Below are positions 1-9,713 of a DNA stretch of 64,000 bases, one piece after another. A program made the position numbers and the translations under genes. The stretch is from a virus. The stretch spans positions 1-64,000 of the IMG/VR virus record IMGVR_UViG_3300030060_005313; one strand, given 5' to 3'. The first letter of the stretch is position 1. Each line of letters starts with the position of its first letter. The notes beneath the pieces are model-generated. The model was not told where the DNA came from and ran no database searches. It saw only the letters and a program-made list of their open reading frames with translations.

Positions 1-2311
1 TGGTGCGGGTGATGCTCGTATCAATGTTCGTGGATTCAACCAACGGAATGTAGCTGTCATGATTAATGGTGTTCCCCAGAATGATATGGAGAACGGATGG
101 GTATATTGGTCTAATTGGGATGGAGTAGGAGATGCTACTTCTTCAATTCAGATGCAAAGAGGCCTATCAGCCGTGAATCTTGCTACACCATCCATTGGTG
201 GAACGATGAACATAATAACAGATCCTGCCTCTCTTGAAAAGGGTGGTAAGTTCAAACAAGAAACTGGTAATAATGGTTTCTTAAAAACAACCTTAAATTA
301 CAATTCAGGTTTGATTGGTGATAAACTAGCATTAAGTGGAACGATAGTTCGTAAAACTGGTGATGGTTTAATTGATGGAACTTGGACAGATGCGTGGGCT
401 TACTATGTTGGTGGTTCATACGCTGTTAGTGATGACCAAAGGTTTGAGTTATATGCAATTGGTGCTCCACAAAGACATGGACAGAACCTATACAAACAGA
501 ATATTGCTACCTACTCACAAGAGTTGGCTACAGATATTGGGTTTGATGATGAAGGTAATGGCTACGACCCAACAGCATTTGCTGAAGGTGAGAAGTTTGA
601 AACCGAAAAAGGTAGGTTCTTTAACCAAAATTGGAACACAATTGATTCTGAATACAAAGGCCAACAGTATTGGTATATGTATGGAGAAGGTGGATTATTC
701 GGCGGTGGATTACAGGATAGATATAGTCCTAATCTACTAAACGAAAGAGAAAACTTCTTCCATAAACCATTAGTGAACCTTAACCATTTCTATGATGTCA
801 ATGACCAAGTTAGATTGAGTTCTATCTTGTATTGGAGTGGTGGTTCTGGTGGTGGTACTGGTACTTACGGAAGTGTATCAAGAGCTCCAGCAGTTGAGGG
901 TTCGCCTTGGTATGCAAGTTCACCGTGGACATGGGATTGGAATGCTGAGATTGCTCAGAACTCTGCTAATGTAGATTCTGCATGGTCAGAAACCGAAAAC
1001 CGTTCCACAGGTATACTTCGTAATTCAATCAATAGACAAAACACCTATGGTTTAATCTCAAAGTTAAACTATGATGTAAATGATGAACTTGAAGTTCAAG
1101 TTGGTATTGATTGGAGAACTGCTGGAATCGAACATGCTAGAGAAGTTCGTGATTTACTTGGTGGGGACTACTATGTAGACTACGCTGATGACAATGCAGC
1201 AGATGGTAAGAAAGTTGGTTTAGGTGATATTATTGCCTACCATAACAATACCACGGTTGATTGGTTCGGTGCTTTCGTACAAGGTAAATACGACATTGCT
1301 AAGTTCAACCTATATGGTATGGGTGGGGTATCCACAATTGGATATTCTTATCAAGACCATTTTTCTATTGAGAAGGAACTTGTAGAAGCTCCATCCATCA
1401 CAACCTTTCAAGTAAAGGGTGGTGGTGTTTATAATCTTGATGACAGATTATCAGCTTTTGCTAATCTTGGATACGTTCAGAAACCACCAATCTTAGACAA
1501 TGTTATTGACTACGATGGTAATGTTTCTTCCAATCCTGATAATGAGAAGTTCACATCAGCAGAAGTTGGTGGTTCATACAGAAGTGACAAAGTTGCCGTT
1601 AAGGGTAGTTATTACAATACTCAATGGAAGGATAGAAACCTAACTCGTAATGTAGAGACAGGTGCTGGTGATTCAGGTGATACTGATATCATTTATCTTA
1701 CTGGTGTCAACCAAAGTCATAGTGGTGTTGAGGTAGAGGCTAAAGTTGCCCTACACGAGATGGTTGATGTAGACTTTGCTTTCAGTAAAGGTAATTGGTT
1801 CTTCGATGGAGATGCCAAAGGTGATTACTTAGAACAAGAGTATAATGAAGATGGTCAGATTATCGGACAGATGACAACCGAATATGTTTATGCTCTTAAT
1901 AATCTAAAAGTTGGTGATATGCCACAAACTGCTTATGTTGGTGGTTTAACACTAAAACCAATCAAAGGAATGAACATTCAAGGATTGTTAAAAATCTATG
2001 ATGACAATTATGCTGATTGGTCACCAGCTTCTCGTGAGGTAACAGGTGAAGAGGATAGAGCTCAAGTTTGGAAAGCTCCTGGCTATAACAAACTCGACCT
2101 ACACTTATCATACAAACTACCAGAGGTCGCTGGTCTAGATATGACTTTACATGGTCATGTCTTTAATGCTCTTGACAATGTATATGTTCAAGACGCTACT
2201 GATAACAGTAAGTACAATGGGTTCGGTGATAAACTTCACTTGGCTCATAATGCTGAAGTATTTTTGGGAACACCAAGATACTACAACATAGGACTTAGTG
2301 TTAATTTCTAA
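1..2311 (+). CDS. TonB-dependent outer-membrane receptor (5' end outside window)
   Basis: Frame is open from base 2 (GAGDARINVRGFNQRNVAVMINGVP, a plug-domain signature). It continues with IQMQRG and IGGTMNIIT plug motifs and amphipathic beta-strands, ending PRYYNIGLSVNF with terminal Phe. Confidence 0.92.
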   Translation, partial: GAGDARINVRGFNQRNVAVMINGVPQNDMENGWVYWSNWDGVGDATSSIQMQRGLSAVNLATPSIGGTMNIITDPASLEKGGKFKQETGNNGFLKTTLNYNSGLIGDKLALSGTIVRKTGDGLIDGTWTDAWAYYVGGSYAVSDDQRFELYAIGAPQRHGQNLYKQNIATYSQELATDIGFDDEGNGYDPTAFAEGEKFETEKGRFFNQNWNTIDSEYKGQQYWYMYGEGGLFGGGLQDRYSPNLLNERENFFHKPLVNLNHFYDVNDQVRLSSILYWSGGSGGGTGTYGSVSRAPAVEGSPWYASSPWTWDWNAEIAQNSANVDSAWSETENRSTGILRNSINRQNTYGLISKLNYDVNDELEVQVGIDWRTAGIEHAREVRDLLGGDYYVDYADDNAADGKKVGLGDIIAYHNNTTVDWFGAFVQGKYDIAKFNLYGMGGVSTIGYSYQDHFSIEKELVEAPSITTFQVKGGGVYNLDDRLSAFANLGYVQKPPILDNVIDYDGNVSSNPDNEKFTSAEVGGSYRSDKVAVKGSYYNTQWKDRNLTRNVETGAGDSGDTDIIYLTGVNQSHSGVEVEAKVALHEMVDVDFAFSKGNWFFDGDAKGDYLEQEYNEDGQIIGQMTTEYVYALNNLKVGDMPQTAYVGGLTLKPIKGMNIQGLLKIYDDNYADWSPASREVTGEEDRAQVWKAPGYNKLDLHLSYKLPEVAGLDMTLHGHVFNALDNVYVQDATDNSKYNGFGDKLHLAHNAEVFLGTPRYYNIGLSVNF

Positions 2312-2322
2312 AATGATGACTT

Positions 2323-2349
2323 GGGGGATTGAAATATATCCCCCTTTTT
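2323..2349 (+). terminator. Rho-independent terminator
   Basis: GGGGGAT-tgaaatat-ATCCCCC followed by TTTTT just after the receptor stop. Confidence 0.85.
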
Positions 2350-2362
2350 ATCAAAAAAGTAC

Positions 2363-2391
2363 TTGACTTATTCATATTTTATTCGTAGCTT
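2363..2391 (+). promoter_or_regulatory. Early sigma70-type promoter upstream of DNA polymerase
   Basis: TTGACT-N17-TAGCTT with upstream A-tract; member of a 15-copy motif family in this window. Confidence 0.8.
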
Positions 2392-2423
2392 TAAACATGG
2401 AAAATGGGGATTTTACAACCTAA

Positions 2424-4922
2424 ATGTATCAGAATATTTATTTCGACCAAAGAAAACAACAAGTCCATATATGGGATGATGAAAAAGGTTATTTTGTAAT
2501 ACCATACAGAAAATATGCTTATGTAAAAGATAGGCTTGGTACTTACATATCTTTATATGGAGATAAACTTAAAAAAATTAAAAAGTGGGATAACGAAACA
2601 CCGAATCTATTTGAATCTGATGTACCACCTGAAACCAGAATTTTAGTAGACCAATATACAGATAGTGAAGATACATCAAAAGGTCATGTAATTATGACAA
2701 TTGATATTGAGGTTGAAGTTACAGATGGTTTTCCAGACATACATAAAGCAGATAACAAAATAACTTCTATCGCTATACATTCTTCTTCAGATGATATCTA
2801 CTATACTTTGGTACTAGACCCAAAAGATAATCTAAAACTAAAGTCACATGACAACGTAGAGATAGAAACATTTGAGAATGAGTTTGAACTGTTACAAAAA
2901 TTTTATATGATTTACCTAAAGATAAAACCAACCATAATAACAGGCTGGAACATAGATGGTTTTGATATGCCTTATCTTTACAAAAGAAGTTCTAATATTG
3001 TTGGTAGTAATGTTGCTGATTTACTCTCACCAATCAGAATAGTTAATTGGAATAAACATAGGAAGAGGTATATGTTCGCTGGTGTTAGTTGTTTGGACTA
3101 TCTTGCACTGTACAAACTTTTTACCTACACACAATTATCATCTTATAGATTGGATGCTGTTGCTGAGTTTGAGTTGGGCGAGAATAAGATAGAGTATACT
3201 GGCACACTAAATGATTTGTATGAGAATGATATAGATAAGTTCGTGGAATATAATATACATGATGTTCGACTTGTAAAAAGATTGAATGATAAATTAGATT
3301 TTATCGAAATGGCTCGTGGTGTATGTCACGTAGGTCACGTTCCTTATGAAGATGTTTACTTTTCTTCTCGTTACTTAGAAGGTGCAATATTAGTTTACCT
3401 AAGAAAAATAGGTGTAGTGGCTCCCAACAAACCACCAAGACCTGAAAGGTTAGAAGGTGGAGATAAGTTCACAGGTGCTTATGTACAACCACCACAAAAA
3501 GGTAAACATGATTGGGTGTTTGATTTAGATATTACTTCTATGTATCCATCAGTTATTATGTCTCTAAATATATCACCTGAAACTAAAATTGGTAAACTTG
3601 CTGGTTGGGATGCTGAGGAGTTTATAAGGGGAACTAAGAAAACTTACACATTGTTATCTAATGGTAGAGAAAAAGGAAGATTAACAGAAACAGAGTTAAG
3701 AGATTTCTTCGATAAAAATAATGTCTCAGTATCTTCTAATGGTGTACTATACAGAAATGATAAGCAAGGACTGATACCTGCATTGTTATCAAAATGGTTC
3801 GATACTCGCGTGGAGTACAGAAAGTTGATGAAGAAGTTCGGTGATGCAGGTGATGAACAGAAGTATACTTACTTTAAAAGTCGTCAGTTAATTCAGAAGG
3901 TTGTACTTAATTCTTTATATGGTGTATTAGGACTATCGGTATTCAGATTCTATGATTTAGATAATGCAGAAGCTACTACCCTTACAGGTCAAGAACTAAT
4001 TAAATTTACCAAGAAGATTGGTAACTATTTTTACAACAACGCATTAGAAACTAATAATGAAGATTATTGTATTTACATAGATACTGATTCAGTATTCTAT
4101 TCGGCTTTACCAATTGTACAAAAAAGATTTCCTAATAAGGAATTTACAGAAACCAGAATGAGTAAGATTATTTTGGATGTTGCTGATGAGATGCAGACAT
4201 ACCTAAACAAATCTTATGATTATTTTGGTAAGAAGTTTTTGAACTTAGACAAACATAGGTTTGAGATAAAGCAGGAGTTGATTGCTAAGTCAGGTTTGTT
4301 CATTGTGAAGAAACGATATGGTATGAAGATTATCAATGACAATGGAGTAAAAGTAAACAAACTGCATGTAAAAGGTTTGGACTTGGTTCGTAGTAACTTT
4401 CCAAAGGCTATGGGGCAGTTGTTAAAAGATGTGTTAGAAGATATACTTGCAAACGTACCCAAAGATAAGATTGATGAAAGAATTATAAACTTTAAAGAGT
4501 CAATGAAATTAGTAGACTTTGATAAGATAGCGATGCCCACTGGTGTTAGAAATCTAAAAAAGTATAGTGCTGGTAAGAGTGGTAACTTCACTCAGTTTGC
4601 GAAAGGTTCGCCAGCTCATGTTAAGGCAGCCATAAACTATAATGATTTAATGAAACACTTTGGAGTATTCAAAAAATATGAACCTATATCAGAAGCAGAA
4701 AAGATAAAATGGGTTTATCTGAAACAAAATGAATTAGGTTTAGAGTCTTGTGGATATAAGGGTTACGATGATCCTCCACAAATAATAGACTTCATAAAAA
4801 CTTTTATAGACCATAAGAAAATGTATTCACAAATGCTTGAGAAAAAGATAACACTTTTTTATGAAACTTTAAAATGGAATGAACCAGTTAATAAAAAAAC
4901 ATCTATGGAAAGATTTTTTTAG
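2424..4922 (+). CDS. polB: Family B DNA polymerase (T4 gp43-like)
   Basis: Exonuclease motifs DIEV, GWNIDGFD, YNIHD; polymerase motifs DITSMYPS, KVVLNSLYG, YIDTDS, KKRY; C-terminal SMERFF resembles a phage clamp-binding tail. Confidence 0.97.
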   Translation: MYQNIYFDQRKQQVHIWDDEKGYFVIPYRKYAYVKDRLGTYISLYGDKLKKIKKWDNETPNLFESDVPPETRILVDQYTDSEDTSKGHVIMTIDIEVEVTDGFPDIHKADNKITSIAIHSSSDDIYYTLVLDPKDNLKLKSHDNVEIETFENEFELLQKFYMIYLKIKPTIITGWNIDGFDMPYLYKRSSNIVGSNVADLLSPIRIVNWNKHRKRYMFAGVSCLDYLALYKLFTYTQLSSYRLDAVAEFELGENKIEYTGTLNDLYENDIDKFVEYNIHDVRLVKRLNDKLDFIEMARGVCHVGHVPYEDVYFSSRYLEGAILVYLRKIGVVAPNKPPRPERLEGGDKFTGAYVQPPQKGKHDWVFDLDITSMYPSVIMSLNISPETKIGKLAGWDAEEFIRGTKKTYTLLSNGREKGRLTETELRDFFDKNNVSVSSNGVLYRNDKQGLIPALLSKWFDTRVEYRKLMKKFGDAGDEQKYTYFKSRQLIQKVVLNSLYGVLGLSVFRFYDLDNAEATTLTGQELIKFTKKIGNYFYNNALETNNEDYCIYIDTDSVFYSALPIVQKRFPNKEFTETRMSKIILDVADEMQTYLNKSYDYFGKKFLNLDKHRFEIKQELIAKSGLFIVKKRYGMKIINDNGVKVNKLHVKGLDLVRSNFPKAMGQLLKDVLEDILANVPKDKIDERIINFKESMKLVDFDKIAMPTGVRNLKKYSAGKSGNFTQFAKGSPAHVKAAINYNDLMKHFGVFKKYEPISEAEKIKWVYLKQNELGLESCGYKGYDDPPQIIDFIKTFIDHKKMYSQMLEKKITLFYETLKWNEPVNKKTSMERFF

Positions 4923-4971
4923 TTTTGGGGATTTCAAACAATAGTTATAATTAACATAGGAGAAATAGGTT

Positions 4972-5688
4972 ATGCAAAAAATAATGTTGAATAGGTTTAT
5001 CGACAAATACTATTTGGGCGGTAATTGTTCATCAGTTGTTATTAAGAGCACAGGAAACCAATTGTCTACAAGATTTATTACGGGAGATAAAAATCTTCTT
5101 GGTGAGTTAAAGTTGGATGGATGGTCTTTCGATGAAATAGAAATGGGTGTATATAATACAGAGCAGTTAGTTAAGTTACTATCTGTATTATCAGATAATA
5201 TAGGGATGGACTTGATGAAGGTTGGTGATAAGGCAGTTTCACTTAAACTATCTGATAGTAAATCAACTGTAAACTATATGCTCTCTGATTTGTCTGTTAT
5301 CAATACACCACCGAACTTAAAAGAGATACCTAACTTTGAGTTGAAAATCAAAGTTGATTCCTCATTTATGAATAAGTTCATAGCTGGTAAGTCTGCACTT
5401 CCTGAAACAGATAACTTTACTATTATTACCACAGATAATGATTGTAAGGTTGTAATTGGTTACGCTGAAATTAACACAAATCGTGTTACTCTTCCTGTTG
5501 AAACAGATGAAGTGAGTAAGATTGATAATGTTTCTTTCAACGCAAATCTTTTTAAAGATGTATTGGTTGCTAACAAAGAATGTGAAAGTGCAACTTTGGA
5601 AGTATCATCAGAAGGATTAGCCAGAATCAATTTTAAGATAGATGACTATGATGCAACATACTATCTTGTCGCTGAAACAGATGTGTAA
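4972..5688 (+). CDS. Sliding clamp (T4 gp45-like)
   Basis: 238 aa; lies between PolB and clamp loader; C-terminal LEVSSEGLARINF...YYLVAE matches the gp45/PCNA-type terminus. Confidence 0.8.
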   Translation: MQKIMLNRFIDKYYLGGNCSSVVIKSTGNQLSTRFITGDKNLLGELKLDGWSFDEIEMGVYNTEQLVKLLSVLSDNIGMDLMKVGDKAVSLKLSDSKSTVNYMLSDLSVINTPPNLKEIPNFELKIKVDSSFMNKFIAGKSALPETDNFTIITTDNDCKVVIGYAEINTNRVTLPVETDEVSKIDNVSFNANLFKDVLVANKECESATLEVSSEGLARINFKIDDYDATYYLVAETDV

Positions 5689-6447
5689 ATGGAATCTTAT
5701 GTAGACAAAACAAAAATATCTTTAAGGCCAGTTCACAAAAAACTGGCCAAAGATATGATTGTAAAAAACCACTATAGTAAGAAATTTTCTGCTTGTAGAT
5801 ATACACTTGGTGTATTCAATAAATCTACAGAACATAAATTCTTTGGTGGTGAAACAGAGGATTTTATAGGTGTTGCATGTTATGGGTTTCCGGTTGGTAG
5901 AAGAGTTATTGGTTCAATATTCAAAGAGGAAATTATAGAGAATAAAAATATCTTAGAGTTGAAAAGATTATTTATTCACGATGGATATGGGAAGAACATA
6001 GAGTCGTATGTAATATCATCCTCATTTAAGTGGTTGAAACAATATGCTCCAGACATAAAAGTTCTGATATCATATGCTGATCCTGAACAGAGTCATGATG
6101 GTGCTATATATCAAGCCACAAATTGGATATATCAAGGTTGTGGTGATTTTCAATTAGCACCAACATACTCACTCAGACTTAAAGAGGGTGATGATTGGAT
6201 GCATAGTAGAAATGTTTATTCTAAGTTTGGTTCAGCTGCACCTGAGAAGTTGAAGAAATCAATTGGACATGATTTTTGGTTAAAGAAAGAAGCTAGTAAA
6301 CATAGATACATTTATTTTCTTGGTAATAAAAAGGAAAATAGACACTTCAAAAAAATGATGAAACATCCTATAATGGATTATCCTAAAAATTACAAACATG
6401 ATGTTGAAATAACAAAAGTTGAGGTTAATAATACAAAATGGCAATAG
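5689..6447 (+). CDS. Mom-like (GNAT-fold) DNA adenine modification protein
   Basis: KNHYSK, ILELKRL, NIESYVIS, ISYADPEQSHDGAIYQATNWIYQG and terminal KHRYIYFL motifs typical of Mom-family proteins. Confidence 0.75.
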   Translation: MESYVDKTKISLRPVHKKLAKDMIVKNHYSKKFSACRYTLGVFNKSTEHKFFGGETEDFIGVACYGFPVGRRVIGSIFKEEIIENKNILELKRLFIHDGYGKNIESYVISSSFKWLKQYAPDIKVLISYADPEQSHDGAIYQATNWIYQGCGDFQLAPTYSLRLKEGDDWMHSRNVYSKFGSAAPEKLKKSIGHDFWLKKEASKHRYIYFLGNKKENRHFKKMMKHPIMDYPKNYKHDVEITKVEVNNTKWQ

Positions 6448-7358
6448 AACATAGCTTGTGGGTTGAAAAGTACAGACCACTAGAGTTAGAAAATTATATC
6501 GGAAACGAACATCTAAAAAGTAAAGTAAGGGTTTACTTGGAAAGTGGTGATATGCCACACTTGTTATTGTTTGGTAGAGCTGGTACTGGTAAAACGACTC
6601 TTGCAAAGATGTTGGTAAACAGTATAGATTGTGATTATCTATACATAAATGCTTCAGATGAAAATAATGTGGAGACAGTTAGAACTAAAGTTAAGAACTT
6701 TGCTTCTACTATTGGTTTCAAAGATATGAAGATTATAATCTTAGATGAGTGTGATTATATTACACCAAACGCTCAGGCTGCACTTCGTAATCTTATGGAA
6801 ACATTCTCTAAACATTGTAGGTTTATACTTACCTGTAATTTTGTAGAGAGAGTAATAGACCCAATTCAAAGTCGTTGTCAATCATTTCAAATAATACCAC
6901 CTGATAGAAAAGATGTTGCACTGCACCTAAGTCAAATACTGAAGAACGAAAATGTTACATTCAAAAATTCTGATATCGCTACAATAGTTAATGGCGGGTA
7001 TCCTGATATCAGAAGAGTTATAAATGCAACACAAAGACAGGTTGTAGATGAAAAGTTAGTAATAGATAAACAATCTATGTTTGAAAATGATTATAAGATA
7101 ACATTGATAGAGATTCTAAAGAATGAAAACAAAAGAGAATCTTTCAAAAAAATAAGAAAACTTTTAGCAGATAGTAAAGTTACAGATTTTTCTGATGGGT
7201 TCAGACTATTATATGATACATTAGATGATTGGGCCGTAGGACATACTGCGGAAGTTATACTTACTCTTGCTGAAGGGCAAAGGGATGACATAGTTGTGGT
7301 TGATAAGGAAATAAACTTTATGGCTACAATGGTAAAAATACTAACAATAATAAAGTGA
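6438..7358 (+). CDS. Clamp loader AAA+ subunit (T4 gp44 / RFC small subunit-like)
   Basis: LWVEKYRP, Walker A GRAGTGKT, INASDE, Walker B IILDECD, AQAALRNLME, SRC motif. Confidence 0.95.
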   Translation: MAIEHSLWVEKYRPLELENYIGNEHLKSKVRVYLESGDMPHLLLFGRAGTGKTTLAKMLVNSIDCDYLYINASDENNVETVRTKVKNFASTIGFKDMKIIILDECDYITPNAQAALRNLMETFSKHCRFILTCNFVERVIDPIQSRCQSFQIIPPDRKDVALHLSQILKNENVTFKNSDIATIVNGGYPDIRRVINATQRQVVDEKLVIDKQSMFENDYKITLIEILKNENKRESFKKIRKLLADSKVTDFSDGFRLLYDTLDDWAVGHTAEVILTLAEGQRDDIVVVDKEINFMATMVKILTIIK

Positions 7359-7365
7359 GGTTAAT

Positions 7366-7611
7366 ATGAATATGAAACCACAAAAACCAATACCACAACC
7401 AAAGGCACAAGTTGAAGTAGATTTATCAGAAGCAGAAACTTTAAAATGTGATGAGTGTGGTAATTATACTTTTATACAAAGTTTTTTCTTAAAAAGAATT
7501 TCACCAATAGTTTCTCCTACAGGAAAAGAAGCTATAGTACCAATACAGGCATTTGCATGTGGTAATTGTGGTAAAGTTCCAGACAATATGAAATCACAAT
7601 TAGATGGCTAA
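7366..7611 (+). CDS. Small zinc-ribbon protein
   Basis: CDEC...CGNC pairs; SD GAGG upstream. Confidence 0.7.
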   Translation: MNMKPQKPIPQPKAQVEVDLSEAETLKCDECGNYTFIQSFFLKRISPIVSPTGKEAIVPIQAFACGNCGKVPDNMKSQLDG

Positions 7612-8041
7612 ATCATTATTCAACCATATCAAACAAATTACTGATGTCCAGAATCCTAATTATTGGGATGATATTTCAGATGAAGATAAAAAGAGTTGGT
7701 CTAATTATATGGTAAATAGATTTTTGTCTATGAAAATGGATTGGATAGACATTGTTAATGAAGTTCAAAAGTATGATTTGGAGCCAGAAATAGTTTACAA
7801 ATTATATACTAACATATTTCCGAAAGGAAAACAATGGTTAAAGTATATTAAAGGAGATAAGAAAATGAAATATCCAAAATGGGTTTACGAAATAGTTTCC
7901 AAACACTTACAATGTAGTATGAGAGAAGCTAGTGATGCTGTAGAGATGTATGATATATCACATGGTGGACAATCAGAGTTAATAGATATACTTATGAAGT
8001 ATGGTAAGACAGAGCAGGAGTGTCGTAAGATAGGATTATGA
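7604..8041 (+). CDS. Clamp loader small subunit (T4 gp62-like)
   Basis: SLFNHIKQI...YMVNRFLSM...IVNEVQKY...PKGKQWLKYIK pattern; downstream of the gp44-like gene. Confidence 0.65.
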   Translation: MAKSLFNHIKQITDVQNPNYWDDISDEDKKSWSNYMVNRFLSMKMDWIDIVNEVQKYDLEPEIVYKLYTNIFPKGKQWLKYIKGDKKMKYPKWVYEIVSKHLQCSMREASDAVEMYDISHGGQSELIDILMKYGKTEQECRKIGL

Positions 8042-8658
8042 GTGTAACAGATTTTACAGTTGAGTATACTAATAGAAAGGCTGTAAAGGGTTTTATTGAA
8101 AAACACCACTATTCACAAAATATAAATGGTATACAATCATATCATCACTTTGGTTTATATACGGAAGGCAATTTCGGATTACCTAAAATGATAGGTGCAA
8201 TGTTGTACGGTATACCATCGATGCCAGCTACTGCTACTAAATATAATCCCATTAATCCTAACAGATGTATGGAGCTAAGAAGACTGGTTTGTATCGATGA
8301 TACGCCAAAGAATACGGAGAGTTATTTTGTAGGTAAAACTTTAAGATGGCTAAAGACAAATACCGATGTAGAAGTTGTAGTATCATTCGCCGACCAACAC
8401 TATGGTCATTCAGGTATAATTTACAAGGCAAGTAATTTTGAATATTTAGGTGAAACGGCTAAGGCAAGAATACTGATGGTTGATGGTAAAGAATATCATG
8501 CTAGGTCATTAAATCAAAAGGCAAGACCTTATGGTAGAGAATTAAAAAGGCGATTCGATGAGGGTGACGAAAATATATTTTATGTTTCCAGAAAACCTAA
8601 ACATATTTATGTATACTATCTCAATAAAAAAATCAAAAGAAAAATAAAAAAAGCTTGA
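8038..8658 (+). CDS. Second Mom-like DNA modification protein
   Basis: KHHYSQ, MELRRLVC, PKNTESYFVG, VSFADQHYGHSGIIYKASNFEYLG, KHIYVYYL; paralogous to 5689..6447. Confidence 0.75.
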   Translation: MSVTDFTVEYTNRKAVKGFIEKHHYSQNINGIQSYHHFGLYTEGNFGLPKMIGAMLYGIPSMPATATKYNPINPNRCMELRRLVCIDDTPKNTESYFVGKTLRWLKTNTDVEVVVSFADQHYGHSGIIYKASNFEYLGETAKARILMVDGKEYHARSLNQKARPYGRELKRRFDEGDENIFYVSRKPKHIYVYYLNKKIKRKIKKA

Positions 8659-8683
8659 CTTTATCGAAAATAATTCGTAGCTT
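8655..8683 (+). promoter_or_regulatory. Early sigma70-type promoter
   Basis: TTGACT-N17-TAGCTT. Confidence 0.8.
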
Positions 8684-8706
8684 TAATAGTTAAATCGAGG
8701 ATAATA

Positions 8707-9090
8707 ATGAAAAGTATAAAAGAATCGAAAAGTGTATCCTATACGGAAAGTGTTCATCCTGTTGTAGAACAGATGGAAAAGGAATGGCCAGAGATGACTG
8801 CTGAGTTCAAAAGGTTACAGAGAGAACAATATGAATTGTTCCTTAAAAAACAACATGACTATGGGCCTGGTAATATTTCTGTTGGAACTATGTTACAAAC
8901 AACGGATGAAGTTCATCTTGCATTGACAGGTTTGTGGTTTCGTATGAATGATAAGATACAAAGACTCAAAAATATGTTGATGAGTAAAAGGGAATCTGCA
9001 GTTGATGAACCTATGGAAGATGCATACTTAGATGTTAGTAATTATGGTATTATGGCTACAATAGTTAAGAATGGTAAGTGGGGTAAATGA
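8707..9090 (+). CDS. Nucleotide-modification-associated domain protein (DUF1599/Nmad1-like)
   Basis: KKQHDYGPGNI...RMNDKIQRLKN...EPMEDAYLDVSNYGIM motif pattern. Confidence 0.7.
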   Translation: MKSIKESKSVSYTESVHPVVEQMEKEWPEMTAEFKRLQREQYELFLKKQHDYGPGNISVGTMLQTTDEVHLALTGLWFRMNDKIQRLKNMLMSKRESAVDEPMEDAYLDVSNYGIMATIVKNGKWGK

Positions 9091-9713
9091 AAAATAAAGT
9101 TGTAGTATGTATACCGACACACGGAAGTGTATCAGCTTTACTATTTGGACAGTGGATAGGATTATCAGCTTGGTGTACTAAGAAGAATATACCAATCGTC
9201 ACCATAGAAAACAGAACACATAATGATGCCAGAAATTGGTTGGCAACTGCTGGTGGTGGTTTTCAAAAACCAAATCAATTAATTAATCAAGTCGATTACA
9301 TAATATGGATTGATTCAGATCAGGTGTTTAGCGTTGAAGATTTAGAGAAATTGATAGATTGTGATGAGAAGTTTTGTACTGGTTGGTATTTAAAAGGTGA
9401 TACACCGATGGTTGCAAGATGGGATGAAAAAACATTTCTTAAAACAGGTACTATGGATTTTCTCACAAAAGAAGAATTAAACAAAGCTAAGGGTGAGTTG
9501 ATAGAGGTATCTTATTGTGGATTCGGATTCACAAAAACCCACGTGGATTTGTTCAAAGAACTCACCTATCCGTTTTTTACCAATAAAATAGTTCAAATAG
9601 GAGACTACAGAGAAAATGTTTCAGAAGATGCAAGCTTCTGTTTAGATGTTAGTATTAAACCGAAAGTAATAACAGACTTAAAAGTAGGTCATTTAAAAGA
9701 GATGGTTATTTAA
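9087..9713 (+). CDS. GT-A fold glycosyltransferase-like protein
   Basis: VCIPT, NDARN, WIDSD (DxD), GFGF, SEDASFC, VGH. Confidence 0.75.
   Translation: MKNKVVVCIPTHGSVSALLFGQWIGLSAWCTKKNIPIVTIENRTHNDARNWLATAGGGFQKPNQLINQVDYIIWIDSDQVFSVEDLEKLIDCDEKFCTGWYLKGDTPMVARWDEKTFLKTGTMDFLTKEELNKAKGELIEVSYCGFGFTKTHVDLFKELTYPFFTNKIVQIGDYRENVSEDASFCLDVSIKPKVITDLKVGHLKEMVI

Noticed and set aside
2424-4922. Intein or intron in the DNA polymerase
   Set aside because: Length is normal and all motifs are contiguous.
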